The notes below the pieces were generated by a model that saw only the letters and a program-made list of their open reading frames with translations, searched no databases and was not told the origin of the DNA. Made by a program: the position numbers and the translations under genes. Positions 31,058 to 40,151 of a stretch of 64,000 bases of DNA are shown here, in pieces. Position 1 is the first letter of the stretch. Every line of letters begins with the position of its first letter. This DNA is from Patescibacteria group bacterium (GTDB lineage Bacteria > Patescibacteriota > Minisyncoccia > Phycocordibacterales > UBA918), in the NCBI GenBank assembly GCA_038065355.1, contig JBBTRC010000008.1, forward strand, positions 5,406 to 69,405, given 5' to 3'.

Positions 31058-31717
31058 TTATAAATTATTTTTAATAGCTCGATGCTCCCGAAAGACGCCG
31101 AATATAAGAAAAATAAACATGCTGCCCACAAGAATGCCAAGCACGTTTAGACCAAAAATACTGGCTGCCCTTAGCGCCAGATCGTCCGCTGGATCGAAAA
31201 GTCCGATCCCCGTCGCCACCAAGGGCGGCATGAGAGAGACGGCGATCCCAATGCCGGTCATCGCCCCGCCTACTTTCGAACGAATGAGACCGTACGCGGC
31301 AATGGCTCCGGAAACTACGGCAATCAAAAGATCGAAGAAAACATTTGGAAAGAAAGAAATAAGTACCCTCTCCACTGTATCGAAGTTACTTTTAACGAAG
31401 AGTGAAAATAGGCCGCCGATGAGAGTCGCGAGAAAGATCGCAATCATGAGCATAGCGAGAGAACGGAGCACAAGCTTGCCGTCGAGAGCAAGTATACCAA
31501 GCCCCAACGAAAGTATCGGATATGCGAGCGGGGCCACGATCATGCTCGCGATAAGGACTGGAATACTGTCAACCAATATGCCGCAAGCGGCGAGGATGAT
31601 CGCACCGATGACCAAAATATAGAAATCTCTGTCGGGAATAGTATTCGAAAGAAGATCGGCGACCGCTTCTTGTTTATTTTTTCTTTCGTACGGTCGTGAT
31701 TCAAATAATAATGACAT
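31058..31717 (-). CDS. DUF389 membrane protein
   Basis: IASMIVAPL, GIGIAVSLMPPL. Confidence 0.85.
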   Translation of the reverse strand: MSLLFESRPYERKNKQEAVADLLSNTIPDRDFYILVIGAIILAACGILVDSIPVLIASMIVAPLAYPILSLGLGILALDGKLVLRSLAMLMIAIFLATLIGGLFSLFVKSNFDTVERVLISFFPNVFFDLLIAVVSGAIAAYGLIRSKVGGAMTGIGIAVSLMPPLVATGIGLFDPADDLALRAASIFGLNVLGILVGSMFIFLIFGVFREHRAIKNNL

Positions 31718-31802
31718 GGAGCGATAGTACGATATCTCCAATATTGTAGCACTCTTTTCATTGCACACTAAAGTGCCCGCTCGAAAACGCCGCCCGCTTA
31801 GT

Positions 31803-32807
31803 CTATACCTTAATTAAACTGGCAATAAAAGATGTGCCTGTATCAAAGATGTGATGCTCGGGAGAAATCTTTTCAAGTTCATTTTCAAGTTGTTCTTTTG
31901 TATAGCGAAGTGACTGAAACACAAGAAGTTTGTCCCCATTTACAACTCCTTTTTCCTCGATTTCCTTAGAAACATGTAGTATTGAGCACCATACACTTAT
32001 TTTGTCATCCGCCTCTCTTGTACTTACATCAGTATCTGGATTCAGTCCGATCAATTTTAATTTATCGTCAGCCAAAGTGAGTGCATCTTCTGCATACACA
32101 TTTTGTAGAGCAGTCATATCGATACGATCTCTCATTTGGGAATTTATGAAGACAAATCCGCCTTTACCAGCAATCTCTTTTAGCATACTCAGAATAGTCT
32201 GTGGTGCATAGTTAGAAAAAGTAAGCCCAATATTTACAAAACGTGGTGTGGTATTCTCTCCAAGAATTGCAGCAACTTCTTCAAACGGAGCCTGGATTGG
32301 GCGTACCTGAACATTCTGACTTTTTGCATGTTTCTCGGCGAGTCTGAGATAGTACTCACTTATATCAACTGGGATATAAGTAAATTCTTTTCCTTGCTTC
32401 TTGAGCTCATCAAAAAAGAACTGTTCTTTATGCTCGGTACCAGGGCCGAGATCGATGTATTCAAATTTGTTGGGCAGCAAATCAGCGACACTCATTGCGA
32501 TGGATTGTAGATATTCTCTTTCTGGTTTGGTAACTAGTTTAAAGTATGGAGTGTCAGTCTTTTGCAGAGACTCATATTGCTCAACACCTGAAGAAAGATA
32601 GAGGAGCAATGAGTCGGAATAGTCCCAAATATGAGGAGCGGTAGGAACAAGCGATTTAAGAGCTCGCTTTTTAAACCAATTATTGTCGTATTTGATATCT
32701 TTTTCCATTAACATGATTTTAGCATTTTGCGCTACAAACAACCTGTCTGGGTCTACCGGTACGATTTCATGCGTACTGGCTCTAGGACGAAGTTGGAATT
32801 TTTTCAA
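31803..32807 (-). CDS. EgtD-like (Methyltransf_33) SAM methyltransferase
   Basis: YIDLGPGT..K, YIPVDIS..YL, GLTFSN, S.RY. Confidence 0.7.
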   Translation of the reverse strand: MKKFQLRPRASTHEIVPVDPDRLFVAQNAKIMLMEKDIKYDNNWFKKRALKSLVPTAPHIWDYSDSLLLYLSSGVEQYESLQKTDTPYFKLVTKPEREYLQSIAMSVADLLPNKFEYIDLGPGTEHKEQFFFDELKKQGKEFTYIPVDISEYYLRLAEKHAKSQNVQVRPIQAPFEEVAAILGENTTPRFVNIGLTFSNYAPQTILSMLKEIAGKGGFVFINSQMRDRIDMTALQNVYAEDALTLADDKLKLIGLNPDTDVSTREADDKISVWCSILHVSKEIEEKGVVNGDKLLVFQSLRYTKEQLENELEKISPEHHIFDTGTSFIASLIKV

Positions 32808-33226
32808 TCAAGAGCAGGAATAGCGAATCCATCGTATTGAACAGCTTCAGCGTCTAAAACCTCTTCAAGAGAATTCACATGGGTAATATCAGGATGCAGT
32901 TGCATCAACGAACGGCGAGAGTGTTTTCCAACAATGTATATTCTCTTCTTGCCAGAAAGCTCTTTATGGGCTAAACAAATACCCAGCTCAATAAACATAT
33001 CGGTGCCTTCCGGATCACTAATTAATACGAAGATCTCAGTAGCTAACAGAGCTTTGATTATTTTTCTATTAAATTCTTCAACTTTATGCAAGTTACTTTC
33101 ATAGTTGGCAAACACCTCAACATTAAGCCAGTCGGCCAAGACTACTTCACCCTTCTCCTCAAGAAATTGAGCTAATTCTGCTAACTTCTTTTGGTGTCGA
33201 GTGCGGGAAGCGAAATACCATTTCAC
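32804..33226 (-). CDS. Nucleoside 2-deoxyribosyltransferase-like fold protein
   Basis: YFAS...GTDMFIELG; GTG start; ATGA-coupled to the next gene. Confidence 0.55.
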   Translation of the reverse strand: MKWYFASRTRHQKKLAELAQFLEEKGEVVLADWLNVEVFANYESNLHKVEEFNRKIIKALLATEIFVLISDPEGTDMFIELGICLAHKELSGKKRIYIVGKHSRRSLMQLHPDITHVNSLEEVLDAEAVQYDGFAIPALD

Positions 33227-33261
33227 AAGGGATAGTTTACCAAAATCACTGGCTGTGTTTG

Positions 33262-34293
33262 TTAGAAATTCGCAAAAAGCCTTTTATTTGTGACCTCGAT
33301 TCGTACTTTGCTACCGTACGGCATCGGTATTTGCGGATCGGTATGTCCGAAATTCATGTTCTGCACCACTGGAACAGTCTGGTTATACGAACGCACCACC
33401 TTAAGAATCGTCTCCTGCTGTTCTTTGCAGTATGCCGTCTTAGCTTCTGGCGAGTTGGGTTTATCAAACTCCCACGCTTTCGCTCGTCCTATCAGGACAC
33501 CTTGAACCCTCTGGAGTATGCCCCGCTCGCCAAGCGCACGCATGACGCGGAATACATAGTCGGCGCGCGGTATCTCTTCAGAGGTCTCAAGCATCAGAAC
33601 AATGTTCCCAAACTGATCAATGTTTGGAATAGGTATTCCGTGACGGAGCATCTCATCGACCGATTCTACACAGCCGCCCCAAAGTAACCCTTCGGTATTA
33701 GCTGATCCGTCCCAGACCATACCTTCGTTCGGCCAATATTGGCGCTTCGTTTTAAGAAGCGAGGGATCATCCCAACTGAGTCCCATGTCGTTGTATGTCT
33801 CAGATGCTCTCAACTCAAATTCCCCTTCATCAAAGAGGGCGTGTTCAAGATAATCAACAGTGTAGTCATCCATCTTTCCTTGCATCGCAAACTGCGTAAA
33901 CAGTGCTCCTCCATAAAATGATGGGATCCCATTAAGCCAAAGGAAGTTAGCAAAGTGAGAGTTGTCACTAAAACCAAAGAACGGCTTGGGGTTGGAAGCA
34001 AAAGGTGCTGAGGGAAGATTTTTTATATAGGTCACCTGATCGTCTCCACCAATAGAGCTGATCACCCCTTTGATCGACGGATCCTCAAAAGCGGCGATAA
34101 GGTCCTGTGCACGCTCTCTGGTTGGCGCATCAATTTTTGTTGTTGTCGGAAATGCAACAGGAACTAATCCAAATTCCTCCCGCAGTCGTTTAAGTCCCAG
34201 CTGATAGACATGCGGCCATTTCCCCGGAGCCGCAGAGGACGGTGAGAGAATGGCAACCTTATCTCCCTTTCTCAATTTGGTAAGCGGTTTCAT
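33262..34293 (-). CDS. S66 peptidase (LD-carboxypeptidase/MccF-like)
   Basis: SPSS, IGGDD, GFSD (catalytic Ser), LETSE, FGHTDP. Confidence 0.92.
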   Translation of the reverse strand: MKPLTKLRKGDKVAILSPSSAAPGKWPHVYQLGLKRLREEFGLVPVAFPTTTKIDAPTRERAQDLIAAFEDPSIKGVISSIGGDDQVTYIKNLPSAPFASNPKPFFGFSDNSHFANFLWLNGIPSFYGGALFTQFAMQGKMDDYTVDYLEHALFDEGEFELRASETYNDMGLSWDDPSLLKTKRQYWPNEGMVWDGSANTEGLLWGGCVESVDEMLRHGIPIPNIDQFGNIVLMLETSEEIPRADYVFRVMRALGERGILQRVQGVLIGRAKAWEFDKPNSPEAKTAYCKEQQETILKVVRSYNQTVPVVQNMNFGHTDPQIPMPYGSKVRIEVTNKRLFANF

Positions 34294-34300
34294 GTATTGA

Positions 34301-35413
34301 TTACGGATGCATCTGCGTACCCTTCATTCTCGGATATAAAATAGCTTTAGATATATTATCAAATCCAAGGACCCAGGAAATAAAACGCTCGATACCTAAG
34401 CCGAATCCCGATGTTGTTTTATAATTGGAAATACGCCGCAGATCCACGTACCATTCATAAGGGTTGGGGTCGATTCCTTGGCGTCGCATCGACTCATACA
34501 TCTCTTCTACAGAATCCTGTCGCTGACCCATACCCAAAACCTCGCCTCCGAAAGCATTCTCAATGATTGATGGAAATAAAAGGTCCCCATTGATCACTCG
34601 TTCAGAATTATCAGCTGCTGGTTTCTGATAAAACGGCACACGGTCACGATGATAGTGCGTTACCCATACAGGAGCTTTAGTTCCTAGAATCTTCAGCAGT
34701 TCACGCTCTCCGGCGCTTGTTAAGTCTTTGCCATGCACTGATTCTCGAATACCTTCTGTGTACCCATGTTTCAGAAGGAGTGCTTCTGCTTCATCAAAAG
34801 TTATTTGCTGAAATAGCTTTGTAGCAAGGAGCACATCAAGAGCCTCACGTGACTTTTTTGGATCTTGTGATAATTTCTCGACAGTATGAGTCATTTCCTT
34901 AATGAGCGATGCCAAGCTCCGAACATATCCTTCTGCGACAGCCTGAGCCACCTCAAATGTCTCCTGAGCTTCATATTCACAGTGATAGAACTGATTAAGA
35001 TGGCGTTTATCCGGATCTTCCCCGCGCATGGATGCTAAATAGCAATACGCACGAGGCACGCCTCCAATGAGCACGGGCTCAAACCCGAACTGTGACGAAT
35101 CAACGAGGTAAGTATCGAACCCTCCAAACGTAAGCGGAATAGGTTCAGAGTCTGATCCGGGACCCGCCGGAGAAGAGACTGATGATGTCATAAGAAACAG
35201 ATCGACATTCTTCGCTCCGACGACATTAGAAAAATATGCATCGCTTATGGCCCGCACATGATGCCGCAGATGGGTCAAGACCGCAAAATAGGGGTCAGTT
35301 GCAACCTGGCGATAATAATGACTCGCATCAAGTACCGGGTGTTCAAGGCGAGCGTGAGCATCCTGCCCTATTTGTTCATCATCAATTTTTGCTTTCAGTA
35401 ATGCTGCGTCCAT
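34301..35413 (-). CDS. AsnRS/AspRS catalytic-domain-only paralog (asparagine synthetase A/AsnRS2-like)
   Basis: DSSQ, motif 2 RGEDPDKRHLNQF, GEVLGMGQR, motif 3 GFGLGIER; no OB-fold anticodon domain. Confidence 0.85.
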   Translation of the reverse strand: MDAALLKAKIDDEQIGQDAHARLEHPVLDASHYYRQVATDPYFAVLTHLRHHVRAISDAYFSNVVGAKNVDLFLMTSSVSSPAGPGSDSEPIPLTFGGFDTYLVDSSQFGFEPVLIGGVPRAYCYLASMRGEDPDKRHLNQFYHCEYEAQETFEVAQAVAEGYVRSLASLIKEMTHTVEKLSQDPKKSREALDVLLATKLFQQITFDEAEALLLKHGYTEGIRESVHGKDLTSAGERELLKILGTKAPVWVTHYHRDRVPFYQKPAADNSERVINGDLLFPSIIENAFGGEVLGMGQRQDSVEEMYESMRRQGIDPNPYEWYVDLRRISNYKTTSGFGLGIERFISWVLGFDNISKAILYPRMKGTQMHP

Positions 35414-35425
35414 ATTTGTAATTTT

Positions 35426-36241
35426 CTATACGCCAAAGAGAGCTATCTGCTCCTTTTCGGGAGTCTTTCTGCAGAGAAGGACGGTGTAGCTCAGATACTT
35501 ATGATTCTCATTAAACATACTCATGTAACCATGCAGCTTCTTGAACGCTGACTCATGCGCTGCCTCTGAAAGATCAAGCGGAGTTATCAATGCCTCACAA
35601 TATGTCCTTACGTCATCATCCGATGGATATACGGGCATAGGAGCATCGTAAACGTAATACTCTTCCAGACCTGCATTTGTATACAGCGATATCCAATATT
35701 CCTTACTCCATTTTTGGATGGAGATATTAAGCGATTCATTTATGGTATCGACTATCTCTTGCGGGGGATCCTGACGATAATACAAGAATACATCCCCGAT
35801 AAACCCATACGGCTTGCACACGCGCGCGTATTCACGGGCCACTTTCTCTTTGTCGCGCATGAACGCAGTTGACCCCCCAGACATAACCAGATCAAAAGTG
35901 TTATCAGCAAAGCGTAAACTATGAGCATCCCCCTGTTCAAAGGTGATGAGGCTACTGTATGGTTCCGGTTCTTTCTTTAGACGTGCATTGGCTGAGCGGA
36001 GCATCTCTTCATTGAAGTCGAGCGCGGTGACTCGGCACTTGGTGAGATGGCTCAATTCAAAAGAGCAATACCCTGTATTGCATCCTGAGTGCAACACATG
36101 AGAATCTGAGGTCAGAAATGCATTTTGCGCCATGCGACGCATGGAGTCTTTACCTCCAGGCGGACGATTCGTTTCATTGAGAAACCCCATAAAGGAGACG
36201 TAGTCCATCGCTTCAATTTGCTCCAAAGTGGCGGAATTCAT
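35426..36241 (-). CDS. Class I SAM-dependent methyltransferase
   Basis: RPPGG, SGCNTG, GDAHSL.F.D.TFD. Confidence 0.88.
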   Translation of the reverse strand: MNSATLEQIEAMDYVSFMGFLNETNRPPGGKDSMRRMAQNAFLTSDSHVLHSGCNTGYCSFELSHLTKCRVTALDFNEEMLRSANARLKKEPEPYSSLITFEQGDAHSLRFADNTFDLVMSGGSTAFMRDKEKVAREYARVCKPYGFIGDVFLYYRQDPPQEIVDTINESLNISIQKWSKEYWISLYTNAGLEEYYVYDAPMPVYPSDDDVRTYCEALITPLDLSEAAHESAFKKLHGYMSMFNENHKYLSYTVLLCRKTPEKEQIALFGV

Positions 36242-36297
36242 GACTGAAATAGTATATCAAAAAAGAAGCGGGTGGCCGCATGTATCGGCCCCCCCCA

Positions 36298-37587
36298 CTA
36301 CAGTGGGTACAGGATCGTTTCACGAATATTTGCGGGTAAGTTACCGCGCATGGTCATGAACAGACGATTTAGACCCATGCCGATGCTACCAGACGGCGGC
36401 ATTCCGTACTCAAGTACCCGAAGATACTCTTCGTTAACTGGAACTCCAACTTCTAGGAACTGGCGCTTCATCGCCGATCGGACTCGCTCAGGATCGTTCT
36501 CGTCCGCATACACATCGGCGATATCAGTCCCTTGGATGAGGAGTGCAGCTCGATCTGTTGTTGACGAGTCGTCTGCATTCACTTTCACTAGGGGCGAGAT
36601 GCCTGCAGGGATGCGGGTGATGAATGTCGGATCCTTGAAGTGGGGCCCGAGCAGCTTGTTGATGGCTTTGAAGACCCACGTGAAGGTCCCCATACCGCTA
36701 ACGAACTGCTCAGGGTAGCGGCTGATGAAGGTCTCCAAACGGCATTCCAGTCGAGGAATACACAAGATCTGTTCACACGCGTCATAGAATGCGACTCGTG
36801 CGAACGGCACAGGCAGTGCAACCTCGCCTTCAGGGGAAGAGGCTGATAAGGAGCCACCTGCCTCCACCGCCCTGAGCATAGACTCGAGCAACTGCATCAT
36901 TGCTTCGCAATCTGCACCCGTCCGATACACTTCAAGAAGTGTAAACTCCGGTGAGTGTAGTGAGTCCATGCCTTCGTTGCGGAACGACTGAAGAATTTCG
37001 AAAACGTTCTCGAAACCAGCCACTTGCAGTTTTCGGAGCTTGAGCTCACTGGTAAGACCGAGCGTATATTCACGTCCGTTTGCATTGCAGTGGGTCGTGA
37101 AGAGGTTCGCTGTTCCCGCTTCCCGTTGCTGCTGCAAGACTCCGGTTGAAAACTCGTCGAATCCAGCAGACCACAAGAATCTTCTGATTTCCTTGGTACC
37201 CTGCGTGATGCGACGAAACAACTCGAACGAAGCCGGCTCAGCAAGCAAGCCTGCCAAGCGATCAGCGTAACGCTTCCCCGACTGCATGCCTACATACTTA
37301 CTCGGGAGCGGACGCGTGCACGACGCGACCACAACGACACTAGAGCAACGGACAGAGAACTCTTTCGAATTGCTCAGGCACGTAACGCCAGTAAACCAGA
37401 TGCTGCTTCCGATCAATGTCTTCGACACCACATCATAGTCATCGACAGCATGTGCTGCCAGTATGAGCTGGATGAGGCGCTGTTGAAAACGAATGGTCCA
37501 GAAGGAGACCTTGCCCATCCGTCGCTTTCGCAGCAGGCGGGCATATCCCGACAAGTTACAGTCGAGGTCAAACGGGTATTGCCCCAT
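36298..37587 (-). CDS. Divergent class II lysyl-tRNA synthetase paralog
   Basis: Degenerate OB fold (RMGKVSF..IQL..PLPSK), FRNEG..HSPEFTLLEVY, LEYGMPP, motif 3 GMGLNRL, IRETILYP; SD aaagga. Confidence 0.85.
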   Translation of the reverse strand: MGQYPFDLDCNLSGYARLLRKRRMGKVSFWTIRFQQRLIQLILAAHAVDDYDVVSKTLIGSSIWFTGVTCLSNSKEFSVRCSSVVVVASCTRPLPSKYVGMQSGKRYADRLAGLLAEPASFELFRRITQGTKEIRRFLWSAGFDEFSTGVLQQQREAGTANLFTTHCNANGREYTLGLTSELKLRKLQVAGFENVFEILQSFRNEGMDSLHSPEFTLLEVYRTGADCEAMMQLLESMLRAVEAGGSLSASSPEGEVALPVPFARVAFYDACEQILCIPRLECRLETFISRYPEQFVSGMGTFTWVFKAINKLLGPHFKDPTFITRIPAGISPLVKVNADDSSTTDRAALLIQGTDIADVYADENDPERVRSAMKRQFLEVGVPVNEEYLRVLEYGMPPSGSIGMGLNRLFMTMRGNLPANIRETILYPL

Positions 37588-37744
37588 GGGACATATCCTT
37601 TCTATTGATGAGAACTGAATGATCAGCTTGCGGTACTGTATAACGAAATCTGTGATGTGTACAGAGAGACAATTTTTTACCCCTTCCGCAACGATTCACA
37701 CCAGAAGAGAGCATTGGATCAAAAACAAGAATAATTGGTTTATC

Positions 37745-37772
37745 GAAAAGCCGCCCGTTCAGGCGGCTTTTC
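37745..37772. terminator. Symmetric hairpin at left margin of the accessory region
   Basis: gaaaagccgcc-6 nt-ggcggcttttc. Confidence 0.65.
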
Positions 37773-38010
37773 TGTCTGGACACCGGACTCACCAGGTGTG
37801 CGATTTTCGGAATAATATCGTGTGATTTCCTGGAAGTTCGAGCCCACGACTGATTCTCAGAATTTCTTGACCGAAACGGCGATTTTAGCCGTCTCGATAG
37901 GTCTCACCACGTTGTTGAAAAAACCATCTCGGGCTAGAACCGTAGTCGGTCAAGCCCCGATTAGTTCTTTTGGCTTCCTTTTGGTTTATCAAAATAACGC
38001 GTCTCGAGCG

Positions 38011-38217
38011 CTATTTAATTTTAGCTTTACAGTAATTAAATGTATAGAAAAACAGAGTAAACAAAACAGATGAAGTAGATATGATGCTTAGGAAACAAGA
38101 TATATTTAATAATATAGGCAAATTAAAATATTCAGCAATCCCCAAACCCAATAACGAGATGACTAAAACCCACAGGTTTTGATTTAGGTTAATTTTGAAG
38201 TTATCAATGGTGCTCAT
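38011..38217 (-). CDS. Small 2-TM hypothetical protein
   Basis: AT-rich, hydrophobic ORF. Confidence 0.5.
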   Translation of the reverse strand: MSTIDNFKINLNQNLWVLVISLLGLGIAEYFNLPILLNISCFLSIISTSSVLFTLFFYTFNYCKAKIK

Positions 38218-38221
38218 AAAA

Positions 38222-38458
38222 CTATCTTACAATATTTTGATAGTAACTATCTTCTTTGAAGTTGTTCTCCTGAGTCTGACTTTCATACGAGCCATCGCAA
38301 TACGAACTGTGGGACCATTTTGCCTCTCTGCAATCAACATACACGGTATTTTCCTTATCATATGAACTTTGGTTTTCCAGAAGCCCTCCGAAAATCATCC
38401 ACAATATAAAGAGTCCAAATAAAACACCCAGTATGTTTTTTATATTTTCTATATTCAT
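38222..38458 (-). CDS. Small membrane-anchored hypothetical protein
   Basis: N-terminal TM, Cys pair. Confidence 0.55.
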   Translation of the reverse strand: MNIENIKNILGVLFGLFILWMIFGGLLENQSSYDKENTVYVDCREAKWSHSSYCDGSYESQTQENNFKEDSYYQNIVR

Positions 38459-38564
38459 GAATCTATGTTACCGCAATATCAAGCCAGCTCAAATCGGCTG
38501 GGACACTCGAGCTAGAACCGTGGACCGCAAAGCCCTGCTTGACGGTTTTACTATATTATTGAAT

Positions 38565-39161
38565 TCAATTTTGACCCGTCTCGTGCTCCTGCTCACTTAT
38601 TTCTTCAACCTGTGACATTAGTATCGAATACATATACAAACTTAACAACATTACACCCTCTTTCTCTGGGATAATTGAACTTAAAGAAATTTCCATACCC
38701 TCACGATATCTGGTCTGCAAATTTACCTCTATATAAACCATTTCTTTAGATTTATGATTCCATAGACGATATTTAATATCTACAGGATGTTCTTTCGTCA
38801 AAAATTGGTCTATTTTTCCACAAGTCTCAACACTTGTAATTAGTTCTTTGTCAAAGACGATTTCTTCCCATGAAGAATAAAATGGAAAATGAAGCAAGAG
38901 ATTTCTCAAGAAACCAACTAGATGCTTACCCACTAATTCAGTATGCGGTCTTTTTGAATTTGACAACAAAAAACCTAACGGTCTGTATTTAATCAACTCA
39001 ACATATACAGATAACAATTCTTTAACTACGAGCAACCTTTCTTCTTTTGCCTTACTCCAGAAACCTACACTAGAAACTTCTTTATACAAATCTAAAAACC
39101 TGTTGTAGCCTAGAGCAAGAAATTTTTCTTCTTGCTTTGATGGATATTTTCTATTTTCCAT
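38565..39161 (-). CDS. Hypothetical protein
   Basis: AT-rich 198-aa ORF; contains RNLLLH (RxxxxH, HEPN-like). Confidence 0.65.
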   Translation of the reverse strand: MENRKYPSKQEEKFLALGYNRFLDLYKEVSSVGFWSKAKEERLLVVKELLSVYVELIKYRPLGFLLSNSKRPHTELVGKHLVGFLRNLLLHFPFYSSWEEIVFDKELITSVETCGKIDQFLTKEHPVDIKYRLWNHKSKEMVYIEVNLQTRYREGMEISLSSIIPEKEGVMLLSLYMYSILMSQVEEISEQEHETGQN

Positions 39162-39233
39162 AAGTTCTTAAGACTAATTCATATAAAACAACTGTCTTGA
39201 GAAAGAGTGTTGACTGCTTTATTTAAGCAATGA

Positions 39234-39713
39234 CTACTTATCTTCTGTCAACAATTTGATTTCTTGAATTATAAGATCCACCTCACGCATATATTCCTGA
39301 TGCAAAAGTCCGTTACTTATCCCATACTTCTCAGTCCTGTTGAGTTCGATTAAAGTATTGTAGTACTGCAACCTTGAATTCAAACCATTTAGTTTTGCAG
39401 TAATTTTTAATGAAGCTGCCTGTTTAGTTAATGCTTCTCCAGAAGCTTCCTGCGCTTCTGCAGCTCGTTTTAACTCGGCTCTAGTCAATTCCAGTTCTTT
39501 CCTTTGCAATCCAAGTTCTTGAGTTTGAAGAATGATTGTGTAAATTATTCCCAAAAATGCAAAACCAGAGAACAAAGCATTTAAAGCGCCAAACGAATCT
39601 CCGAATAATCCACGATTGCTTAGTTCAGGATAAACATAAAATGTGAGACAAAGGTACCCAACAAAAAGAAATCCAAGTGTCACGACGCCAAAAAGGATCG
39701 TTTTAAAATTCAT
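39234..39713 (-). CDS. 2-TM plus coiled-coil protein
   Basis: G.FGDSFGALNALFSGFAF..Q.EL..QR.EL, resembling the N-terminus of putative phage abortive-infection proteins. Confidence 0.7.
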   Translation of the reverse strand: MNFKTILFGVVTLGFLFVGYLCLTFYVYPELSNRGLFGDSFGALNALFSGFAFLGIIYTIILQTQELGLQRKELELTRAELKRAAEAQEASGEALTKQAASLKITAKLNGLNSRLQYYNTLIELNRTEKYGISNGLLHQEYMREVDLIIQEIKLLTEDK

Positions 39714-39802
39714 AAATCCATTATACCGCTTTCGAAAGTTTTGCTAAGTCTATGCAAAGTTAGATAAGCGTTAGGTTAACGCTCTTCGTGCTTTGCACGA
39801 GT

Positions 39803-39823
39803 TGGCTGCCCGACAGGGATTCG
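39803..39823 (-). other. tRNA 3'-end fragment (probably tRNA-Gln), candidate att site
   Basis: Minus strand reads CGAAT-CCCTG-TCGGGCA-G-CCA: partial T-loop, 5-nt T-stem, 7-nt acceptor strand, discriminator, CCA; no 5' half present. Confidence 0.65.
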
Positions 39824-40151
39824 GTCACGAGTTACTAAGCATTGTACTCGCTACGCTCCTAAAATGCTAAGTACTCTCGACCCCGGCTCGCTGGTTCGTT
39901 GCGCTAGGAAATGAGCAACTCACATCGCTACGCCTTTCTCGTCCCAGTCTCGACATCTCCGAGCACTAAAAAACCTTGAGAAACAAGGCTTTTTTAGTGC
40001 TAGCTGGCTGTCACGGATGCGAACTTGCGTAGTAAGACCCCATAAGGGTATTTCACCACCCCTTCTACTCCTTGTATGAGGTGTCTCGGTCTCAGGGGTC
40101 ATTTTGTGAATGATACAGATGAGACACGAAACACCCGTCTCGGTCTCTGTC

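Noticed and set aside
36298-37587. Calling it lysS or epmA
   Set aside because: Substrate-pocket residues deviate from LysRS, and it retains an OB-fold remnant that EpmA lacks.
37822-38073. 83-aa plus-strand ORF as a real gene
   Set aside because: No recognisable motif, overlaps a minus-strand gene and spans a repeat scar; more likely a remnant.
39803-39900. Intact or intron-containing tRNA gene
   Set aside because: Only the 3' 21 nt fit; no D-arm, anticodon arm or matching 5' acceptor strand was found nearby.
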